From Holophagales bacterium (GTDB taxonomy: Bacteria > Acidobacteriota > Thermoanaerobaculia > Multivoradales > Multivoraceae), in the NCBI GenBank assembly GCA_009837885.1, contig VXSP01000015.1, forward strand, positions 14,065 through 78,064: 64,000 nucleotides of DNA, given 5' to 3'. This document shows, one piece after another, positions 56,810 through 64,000 of this stretch; position 1 is the stretch's first letter, and each line of letters begins with the position of its first letter. A model generated the notes under the pieces. It was not told the origin of the DNA, made no database searches, and saw only the letters and a program-made list of their open reading frames with translations. The translations under genes and the position numbers were made by a program.

Positions 56810-57949
56810 TCAGCCGCTCGTCCTGAACGCCCGGTACGGCACGACGACGAAGAGCGGCAGCACGATCAGGGCGATGAAGCCCCAGGCGAGCGTGCCGTAG
56901 CCTCTGGCGACGAGGTCGATGATGCCGATCGTGGAGAGGCCGGCGGCGGCCGCGAGGACGAGTACCGCCGTCAGCGCCTTCTGTCTCGGCGTGAGCGCGC
57001 CGGAAGCGGGCCTCCAGCGACGTGGCAGGTCGCCCAGGTTGCGTTCGACGCGATGGAGGAGCGCGTGGATCGAGCCGACCGCGGTCTCGATCAACGTCCA
57101 GCCGGCGACGAGTCCGAAGATGGCGATCCAGAGGGCCGCCCCGCCGGCACGTCCGTCGGCGGCGGTCCCGATCAGTCGCAGCCAGGGCACCTCCGCCTCC
57201 ATCACGGAGGCGTGGGGGAACCGGAGGAGGCAGGCCAGGGTCAGGGCGAACGGAATCGTCATCGCGAGGCCGGAGAGGATCCCGGACGCGAAGGTCTCGC
57301 TGCGCCGGGTCTGCCGGTGGAGGCAAAAGAGGACGGCCGGCACGACGGCGACGTTGTAGGCGACGTACAGGACGGCCGCGATGACGACCTCTCCCGCTCC
57401 GGCCTCGGAGCCGGGCGGTGGCGACGCGGCAGTGTCGCCGACGGGCGCCGTCAGCACGAGGACCGAGAAGGCGCAGTACCCGAGGTACAGGGCCGCGCTG
57501 CCCCAGGTCTTCGCCCGCTCGATGAAGCCGGACCCGCGCCAGGTGAGGAAGCCCACGCAGGCCAGGGCCAGGACCAGGCTGAGCGGCTTCGGGAAGGCCA
57601 GCGTCTGCTGGAGGACTTCGCCGATGGCCGCGGTCATGACGGCGATGACCAGCAGCATCATGCTCAGGAAGAGGAGGTCGACGAGCCACCAGAACGGCCC
57701 GACCAGGTTCCGGCTCCAGGCCTTGTAGTCGTACGCGCCGGCCAGCCGCGCCAGTTCGAAGGCCAGCGCCATGACGAGCGAGAAGCAGACGGCGATGATC
57801 GCGACCGACAACCAGCCCCAGTTGCCGAAGCGGCCGGCGTACTGGACGACTTCCCGCCCTGTGGCGTAGCCGCCGCCGATGATCATCGATTGCGCGATGA
57901 TCGCCGGCAGAAGCAGGGTGTGGAAGCGGGTTGGCGCCCTGCCCGGCAT
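56810..57949 (-). CDS. YkvI-like / amino-acid-permease-like membrane protein
   Basis: 379 aa from M60 of the tracked ORF, ~11 TM. The N-terminal motif IIGGGYATGREVVQYAG resembles the YkvI family (GAGFASGQE). The family call is from memory. Confidence 0.5.
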   Translation of the reverse strand: MPGRAPTRFHTLLLPAIIAQSMIIGGGYATGREVVQYAGRFGNWGWLSVAIIAVCFSLVMALAFELARLAGAYDYKAWSRNLVGPFWWLVDLLFLSMMLLVIAVMTAAIGEVLQQTLAFPKPLSLVLALACVGFLTWRGSGFIERAKTWGSAALYLGYCAFSVLVLTAPVGDTAASPPPGSEAGAGEVVIAAVLYVAYNVAVVPAVLFCLHRQTRRSETFASGILSGLAMTIPFALTLACLLRFPHASVMEAEVPWLRLIGTAADGRAGGAALWIAIFGLVAGWTLIETAVGSIHALLHRVERNLGDLPRRWRPASGALTPRQKALTAVLVLAAAAGLSTIGIIDLVARGYGTLAWGFIALIVLPLFVVVPYRAFRTSG

Positions 57950-57966
57950 TGCCGTCGCCGTCCGCG

Positions 57967-59607
57967 TCAGTCGCCGGCGCGCTGGAAGCGGACGGGCGAG
58001 ACGGACGGCTCGAGCGGAACGGCCACGACGTTGATCTTCCCGTCGTTGCCGTAGTCGAAGCGGACCTTGGCGCCGCCGCGTCCGGCCGCGGGCGCACTGG
58101 CCGGCAGGTCGTACGGGACCATCCACACGTCGTAGTGGTAGTGCCGGAGGGGGAACTCGATGCCCGCGACCTTAAGGACCAGGCCGTCCCCGTCCGTCCT
58201 CACGGTTGCCTTGCCGTAGCCCTCGTGCTCGTACTCGCCGGCGTGGTCGGCGAGCGGGTGGGAGGGACTCGTGTCCGCCACCGCGGCCGCGAGGTCCTTC
58301 TTCTTGGCCTCCTCGGCCTTCTCCTCCGCTTCCGCGATCTGCTTGCGGGCCCGCTCAGCCCAGTCGATCGGCTCGAGACCGAGCATGCGGTCGAACGCAT
58401 TGCGAACGACGAGCGCCGGCACCGTTCCGGAGTGCGACGTGTTGGACAGCGCGACGACGCCGATCTTCTCGTCGGGCAGCCACTCCATCGCCGAGATGAA
58501 GCCGTCGATGCCGCCGCCGTGGCTGATGTGCTTGTGCCCTCGGTACGTGCTCACCATGAGGCCCAGCCCGTAGGTGGGGTCGCCGATCTCCGGGCCGTTC
58601 TGCAGGCGCGCCTGGAGCGGGCCGGTCAGCACCATCTGGGGTAGCTGCATGAGCCTGGCCGAGGCTTCCTTCAGGATCTGCTCGTCGCCGACCTTGCCGT
58701 AGGCGAGATGGAACCGGACGTAGGCGGCGAGGTCGCGGGCCGACATGTTGATCGATCCTGCCGGTCCGATCGCGTCGATGTTGCGGAACGGCACCCGCTC
58801 GATCTCCTCGTCCGCGCCGTAGCCGTAGGAGAAGTCCTCGTCCTCCTGCATCTGGATCACCGAGAAGGTGGCCCGCTCGATGCCGAGCGGAGTGAGGACG
58901 CGCTCCTGGACGAGTTCCTCCCACGACTTGCCGCCGATCCGCTCGGAGACGATGCCGGCGGTCATGAACATCAGGTTCTGGTACTGGTACCTGCTTCTGA
59001 AGGAGGCGGAGGGCTCCAGGTGGTGAAGCCCCGCCAGCAGCTCTGAGCGGTTCCTGCCCGTGGCGTACCAGTACAGGTCGTGACGGGGCAGGCCCGAGCG
59101 GTGGCTCAGCAGGTCGACGGCGGTCATCTCGTCCGTCGCCGCCGGATCGTGGAGCCGGAACTCGGGCAGCACCGTCCGGATCGGATCGTCCCAGGCGAGG
59201 GCGCCGTCGTCCACCTGCATCGCCAGCAGGGTGGCGGTGAACGACTTCGTGTTCGAGCCGATGGCGAAGAGCGTGTCGGGAGTCACGGGCAGCTCTTCTT
59301 CGACGTTGCGCCAGCCGTAGCCCTTGGCGAACACGGTCTTGCCGTCCTCGACGATCGCCACGCCCAGGCCCGGCACCTTCCACTCCTGCATGATCGACTC
59401 GACCCACGGGTCGAAGCCGTCGAGCCGCTCGTCGACGGTTTGGGCGGAGAGGGATGCGGCTGCGAGGGCGAGGGCGGCGAAGAGCAGCGCTTGCGTAGCA
59501 AGGAGCCGCCGGCCTGTGGCCGGCGCGTTTCTTTGGCCGCCTGCGGCGGCGGCCGGCGGGGACGCCGGCGCACCCAGCGTGGGACGGATGTGCTGTAGGT
59601 GCCTCAT
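57967..59607 (-). CDS. Beta-lactamase-family serine hydrolase (D-Ala-D-Ala carboxypeptidase/esterase-like) with a C-terminal DUF3471 lipocalin-like domain
   Basis: 546 aa. The SxxK nucleophile motif is GSNTKSF, with YQYQN (YxN) and HGGG (KTG-equivalent). The C-terminal ~120 aa form a beta-rich domain. N-terminal residues 9-20 (PTLGAPASPPAA) are encoded by a REP. Confidence 0.85.
   Translation of the reverse strand: MRHLQHIRPTLGAPASPPAAAAGGQRNAPATGRRLLATQALLFAALALAAASLSAQTVDERLDGFDPWVESIMQEWKVPGLGVAIVEDGKTVFAKGYGWRNVEEELPVTPDTLFAIGSNTKSFTATLLAMQVDDGALAWDDPIRTVLPEFRLHDPAATDEMTAVDLLSHRSGLPRHDLYWYATGRNRSELLAGLHHLEPSASFRSRYQYQNLMFMTAGIVSERIGGKSWEELVQERVLTPLGIERATFSVIQMQEDEDFSYGYGADEEIERVPFRNIDAIGPAGSINMSARDLAAYVRFHLAYGKVGDEQILKEASARLMQLPQMVLTGPLQARLQNGPEIGDPTYGLGLMVSTYRGHKHISHGGGIDGFISAMEWLPDEKIGVVALSNTSHSGTVPALVVRNAFDRMLGLEPIDWAERARKQIAEAEEKAEEAKKKDLAAAVADTSPSHPLADHAGEYEHEGYGKATVRTDGDGLVLKVAGIEFPLRHYHYDVWMVPYDLPASAPAAGRGGAKVRFDYGNDGKINVVAVPLEPSVSPVRFQRAGD
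59560..59601 (+). repeat. REP-like repeat (partial left arm) inside the 5' coding end of the 57967-59607 gene
   Basis: GGCGGCGGCCGGCGGGGACGCCGGCGCACCCAGCGTG, located 6-40 nt downstream of the inferred ATG (minus strand). Confidence 0.75.
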
Positions 59608-60806
59608 CCCCAGATCTCCTCCAGAACCCGGCGGAAGTTGCCGCCGAGGATGCCCCGAATGTCGGGGTCCGTGTAGCCCCGCCGGATCAGGCCCTCGGTG
59701 AGGTCGAAGACCCGTTGGGGGTGGGCCACTTCCGGGATGTCGATCTGGTCCCGGAAACGGTACTTGCCCTGCTGGTAGGCGGCCTTGAGCCGCTCGTAGT
59801 CCGCCTTCGGCATGTCGTCGTAGCCGTAGAGGTCGATGTCGCTGCCGATGCCCACGTGTTCCGCGCCGATCCGCTTCGTCAGGTAGTCGAAGTGGTCGAG
59901 ATAGTGCTCGACGGTCGTCGGCTCGTCGGCCTTGACGAACATCCGGATGTTCGTCACGCCGAAGACGCTGCCGGCCTTCCTGACCGCGTCGATGACCTCG
60001 TCCGGCTTGCAGCGGACGTGGCCGTCGGCGAGCGCCCGGACGTTCGAGTGGGTGACCAGGACGGGTTTCTTCGAGGCTTCGAAGGCGTCGAGCGACGTGC
60101 GATCGCCGCAGTGGGACACGTCGACGGCCATTCCGACGTCGTTCATCCGCTCGATGATCGCGACGCCCCAGTTCGACAGGCCGCCGTCGATCCGGTCGGT
60201 CGCTCCGGTGCCGATCAGGTTGCGCGCGTTGTAGGTCAACTGCGACACGCGCTGGCCGAGCCCGTAGAAGTAGTCGACGTCCTCCAGCGAGTGGAAGTGA
60301 TCGGCGTTCTGCACGCCGAAGATCATGCCGACGCGTCCGCTTCGCGCCGCCTCGTCGAGGTCCGCGGCTCGAGAGACGCGCAGCATCCGGTGCCCGTTGT
60401 GCGCGACGACGCCGTTGACTCCCGCCACCCGCTCCAGGACGGACTCCCTGGCGCCGAAGGGGCCGGTTCCCACCGCGTCGAGAACGGCGTCGATCCCGGA
60501 CCGGTCGAGATCGTCCCAGAAGGACTCGGGGATGTTCTCCGGGTTGCCGTACCAGGCCCGCATGGTCGACGACGCCAGCGTGAGCGGACTCAGCATGTCG
60601 ATGACCAGCGAATCGCCCATCAGGTCGACCGTACGCGTCGAGTACCGCTCCTCGCTCTGGGCGAACAGCCTGTGCCTGCCGAAGGCGAGGTACGGCGCCC
60701 CGACCGTCGACGCGGCGAGGAGAGCGCCCGCCCCGGCGCCTTGCCCGAGCAGCGATCGGCGTGACAGGCGGGTACGGGCGGGGGTCTTCGACGGCATGGC
60801 TACCAC
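59604..60806 (-). CDS. Membrane dipeptidase (peptidase family M19), TAT-secreted
   Basis: 400 aa. The twin-arginine signal is SRRSLLGQGAGAGALLAAS. M19 motifs include HNGHRML and DVSHCGDRT. Its stop overlaps the downstream serine hydrolase start (ATGA). Confidence 0.85.
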   Translation of the reverse strand: MVAMPSKTPARTRLSRRSLLGQGAGAGALLAASTVGAPYLAFGRHRLFAQSEERYSTRTVDLMGDSLVIDMLSPLTLASSTMRAWYGNPENIPESFWDDLDRSGIDAVLDAVGTGPFGARESVLERVAGVNGVVAHNGHRMLRVSRAADLDEAARSGRVGMIFGVQNADHFHSLEDVDYFYGLGQRVSQLTYNARNLIGTGATDRIDGGLSNWGVAIIERMNDVGMAVDVSHCGDRTSLDAFEASKKPVLVTHSNVRALADGHVRCKPDEVIDAVRKAGSVFGVTNIRMFVKADEPTTVEHYLDHFDYLTKRIGAEHVGIGSDIDLYGYDDMPKADYERLKAAYQQGKYRFRDQIDIPEVAHPQRVFDLTEGLIRRGYTDPDIRGILGGNFRRVLEEIWG

Positions 60807-60873
60807 TCCGTGGTCGAGAGAGTCGGGGTGTAACGGCTACGGGTGCAGAGGGGTGTATACCATCGGCCGGATC

Positions 60874-62404
60874 ATGAGCCACTCATCGTTTGCCAGAACG
60901 GTCCCCCTTCTCGCGACGCTCCTCCTCGCCTGCAACCCCGCCACGGACGGGAGCGGCGAAGCCGACCCGCAGGAGTTCGACGTCGTCTTCCAGGGCGCCC
61001 GCGTCATCGACCCCGAGAGGAGGCTCGACGAGGTCAGGAACGTCGGCATCCGCGGCGACGTCATAGCAGCCCTGACTGAGGAGCCCCTCGCGGACTCGCT
61101 CGCCGATGGCGGCATCCTGATCGACGCCGCCGGCCTGGTGCTGGCGCCGGGATTCGTCGACCTCCACGCCCACGGCCAGGGTCCGCGGGGCCCACGAGTA
61201 CCAGGCTCGGGACGGCGTGACCACGGCGCTGGAGCTCGAATGGGGCGTGCCGGACGTCGGATCGTTCCTGGACTCGAGACGCGGCAGATCGCTCGTTAAC
61301 TACGGCGCCACGGTCAACCACGGCGCGCTGAGGGGCCTGGAGATCGTCCCGGAGGAGGAACGGGCGGATCTCGCGGCGGACTTCGCGGCTGCCGGCGCCG
61401 AAGACGAACCGCTCGACTCCATGCGCGATGCCGCGCAAAGGACGTACTACTCGGAACTGCCGCCCGAGCGCTTCCCGGCCATGCTCGAGCATCTGCAGGG
61501 CGGGCTCGAGCAGGGCGGCCTGGGTATCGGGATGGCGACCCAGTACTACCCCGGCGCCAGCCGCAGGGAGCTCTTCGAGGTCTTTCGGTTCGCAGGCGAG
61601 AAGCGGGCCACCATCCACACGCACGTGCGCTCGATGAGCATCGACGCGATGCAGGAAGTCCTGGCCAACGCGGTCGGGACCGGGGCGCCGCTGCACATCG
61701 TCCACGTGAACAGCATGGCGCTGGGAGAGATCGACACGGTCCTCGACATGATCGACGGCGCTGCCCGCCTGGGGCTGGACGTGACGACGGAGGCGTACCC
61801 CTACACCGCCGGCTCGACCAGCCTCGAGTCCTCCATCTTCGACGAGGGCTGGCAGGACCGCCTGCAGATCGACTACGACGACCTGCAGTGGGAGGAGACG
61901 GGGGAGAGGCTGACGAAGGAGACCTTCGAGCGGTATCGCCGCGACGGGGGAACCGTGATTCTCCACTTCATGAAGGAGGAGTGGATCGAGACGGCCCTCG
62001 CCAACGACTGGGTGATCGTGGCCTCCGACGGCATGCCCTACGCCCCGGGTGCGCACCCGCGGACTGCCGGCACCTACTCCCGGATTCTCGGGCGCTACGT
62101 GCGCGAGCGGGGCACGCTCGACCTGATGACGGCCCTGTTGAAGATGAGCCTGCTCCCGGCGGACCGGGTGGCGACGATGTCCGAGCAGATGAGGCGGAAG
62201 GGACGGATCCAGGTCGGCGCCGACGCGGACATCGTCGTGTTCGACCCGGAGACGGTGATCGACACCGCCACCTTCGAGGGCGGGCTGTCGTTCTCGGAGG
62301 GCATCGTCCACACGATGGTGAACGGTGTGTTCGTCGTGCGCGACGGTGAGACCGTGGAGGGAGTCAGCCCCGGTCGCCCGATCGTCGGTCGCTTCGCGCG
62401 TTGA
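60874..62404 (+). pseudogene. D-aminoacylase (N-acyl-D-amino-acid deacylase, amidohydrolase superfamily) disrupted by a +1 frameshift near 61185-61195
   Basis: The N-terminal part (lipoprotein signal MSHSSFARTVPLLATLLLAC, then ...GFVDLHAHG metal site) is in frame A. The rest (…HEYQARDGVTTALELEWG ... GADADIVVFDPETV...) is in the +1 frame. The junction lies in the run CCGCGGGGCCC. Confidence 0.7.
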
Positions 62405-63774
62405 CCGTCGACACCAGGACCGCGGGCGAAGCCGGGTCGGCGGAGCAGGCCGCCGCCTACCCGTCGCTCGGCGCCGCCAACTACGGCGTCGTCCTCCTGT
62501 TCCTTGCCTACGTGCTGTCGTTTCTCGACCGCAACATCCTCTCCCTCCTGGTCGGCCCGATCCGGGAGCAGTTCGGGATCACCGACTTCCAGTACAGCCT
62601 GCTCGCCGGCGCCGCGTTCGCGCTCGTGTACAGCTTCGCCAGCTTTCCCCTGGGCCGGCTCGCCGACCACTACTCGCGCAGGGTCATCGTCGCCGCCAGC
62701 GTCGCCTTCTGGAGCCTGGCGACGGCGGCGGGCGGTCTGGCCAACAGCGTGTCGCAACTCTTCGCTTCGCGCATGGCCGTCGGCGCCGGCGAGGCCGGGC
62801 TCGCGCCGCCCGCCTACTCGATCATCACCGACAGCTTCCGCCCGGCCCACTTCGGCTACGCGATGTCCTTCTACAAGACGGGCGTGCGGGTCGGCGGCGG
62901 CTTCGCGCTGGTGATCGGCGGCCTGCTCATCGACTACTACACACGCATCGGCCCGATCGACCTGCCGGTCATCGGGACGCTGCAACCCTGGCAGGCGACC
63001 CTGGTGACGGTCGGCCTGCCGGGGGTTCTGCTGGCGCTCCTGCTGCTGACGATGGTCGAGCCGCAGCGAAAGGAGCTGGCGGTGTCACGGAGCGGAAGAG
63101 ACCATCTGCCGGTTTCCGAGTTCGTCAGGTTCATCTGGGAGCGCAAGCGCGTCTACCTGCCGCTGTTCATCGGCTCGTCCATGCTGGCGATGGCCGGCTA
63201 CGGCTCCTCCGCGTGGTACCCGGAGTTCCTCGTCCGCAACTACGGACTGAGCCGCGGCGACGCCGGAACGAGCTACGGGACGATCTCCATCATCACCGGT
63301 GTGGTCGGGATCATGGTCGCGCCCTGGATCGCCAACCGCCTCGCGGCGCGCGGCTACAGGGACGCCTACGTGCGCACCCTGCTGGCGACGACCCTGATCG
63401 CTACGCCGCCCTCGGTCGCGGCCCCGCTCGTGGGCAGCGCGACGCTCACCCTGCTGGTGCTGATTCCGGGCATGGTCTTCTCGGGCGCCTACCTCGGCGT
63501 GATGGCGGCCGCGTTCCAGCCGATCACGCCCAACCAGATGCGCGGCCAGGCCACGGCCTTCTACATCTTCCTGACCAGCTTCATCGGCATGGCCTTCGGC
63601 ACCAGCACACTGGCCGCGTTCACCGATTTCCTCTTCCAGGACGACGGCAAGGTCCACTACTCGCTCGCCACGATGCAGGCGATCTTCAAGCCGGCGGGCG
63701 CGTTGCTGTTCTGGTACTGCCTGTCGGCGTACCGGAAGGCGATGGAGGAGGCGGGGAAGTGGGAGGTGGATTGA
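62401..63774 (+). CDS. MFS transporter (12 TM)
   Basis: 457 aa. MFS motifs include LDRNILSLLVGPI, the GRLADHYSRR (G-x-x-x-D-R/K-x-G-R) loop, and a second half with an analogous loop. A TTG start overlaps the upstream stop. Confidence 0.8.
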   Translation: MTVDTRTAGEAGSAEQAAAYPSLGAANYGVVLLFLAYVLSFLDRNILSLLVGPIREQFGITDFQYSLLAGAAFALVYSFASFPLGRLADHYSRRVIVAASVAFWSLATAAGGLANSVSQLFASRMAVGAGEAGLAPPAYSIITDSFRPAHFGYAMSFYKTGVRVGGGFALVIGGLLIDYYTRIGPIDLPVIGTLQPWQATLVTVGLPGVLLALLLLTMVEPQRKELAVSRSGRDHLPVSEFVRFIWERKRVYLPLFIGSSMLAMAGYGSSAWYPEFLVRNYGLSRGDAGTSYGTISIITGVVGIMVAPWIANRLAARGYRDAYVRTLLATTLIATPPSVAAPLVGSATLTLLVLIPGMVFSGAYLGVMAAAFQPITPNQMRGQATAFYIFLTSFIGMAFGTSTLAAFTDFLFQDDGKVHYSLATMQAIFKPAGALLFWYCLSAYRKAMEEAGKWEVD

Positions 63775-64000
63775 AGGGAGCGCAGCGTTGGGTCGTTACC
63801 CGTGCAGCGGTTCAGCACTCTGCGGCTATGATCGCCGACAAGTTGCACGTGGCCTGTAGGACAGGGAGCGAGTCCTACTTGGCTGACAAAACGTGTTTTC
63901 CGGGGTCCGAATCCGCCGTGCGCGGCAGTTGGTCCGATAGAGTCGAGGATTCGCCATGTTCCCGCTGGCGAGCCCCAACGATCCAGTAACTTCCATCACA

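Noticed and set aside
63956-64000. Possible start of a further plus-strand gene (MFPLASPNDPVTSIT...) at the window end
   Set aside because: Only 15 codons are visible, with no RBS or motif support.

Overview
This is a high-GC (about 68%) bacterial chromosomal segment. Its gene content resembles a Planctomycetes/Verrucomicrobia- or Gemmatimonadetes/Acidobacteria-like heterotroph: a PSD1/DUF1549/DUF1553 plus DUF1501 gene pair, two formylglycine-type sulfatases, a SusC-like TonB receptor with a CarboxypepD_reg domain, an SSF symporter and a GH32 hydrolase. I could support about 55 CDS. I found no rRNA, tRNA, CRISPR array, transposase or integrase.

The main gene groups are:
- TonB receptor, esterase, a translationally coupled pair of fused ABC exporters, and a WD40 protein; a third ABC exporter paralog lies inverted about 4 kb downstream.
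- A family-5 substrate-binding protein with dppB/dppC-like permeases but no ATPase genes.
- A sulfatase, PSD1, DUF1501, SSF symporter and TAT-secreted hydrolase-like string, apparently for sulfated glycan use.
- Two paralogous c-type cytochrome plus copper-monooxygenase-like fusion proteins.
- An LLM oxidoreductase with a GPH transporter, PhyH dioxygenase and serine hydrolase operon.
- katG.
- A divergent locus for D-specific peptide and amino-acid degradation (beta-lactamase-like/DUF3471 and M19 dipeptidase on one strand, a frameshifted D-aminoacylase and an MFS transporter on the other).

The most unusual signals are as follows. A REP/RPE-like double-hairpin repeat of about 35-55 bp (core GCGCCGGATGCCGGCGGGGACGCCGGCGCACCCAGTGTG) occurs at least 11 times. 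Most copies lie just after stop codons, but several are in frame inside coding sequences and one carries a 70-bp insertion of nested palindromes. A roughly 2.8-kb mini-island (23570-26360) consists of small antitoxin-like HTH-XRE and ribbon-helix-helix (RHH) genes around an ExoIII/EEP-family protein that has lost nearly all catalytic residues. Six solitary antitoxin genes sit alongside three intact TA pairs. The third ABC exporter paralog has a conserved N-terminal coding region but no start codon for it. The D-aminoacylase is frameshifted in a G/C homopolymer run.

Minus-strand gene starts not given in the ORF track were placed by counting residues from the tracked ORF ends and should be accurate to the codon; repeat boundaries are approximate to a few bp.
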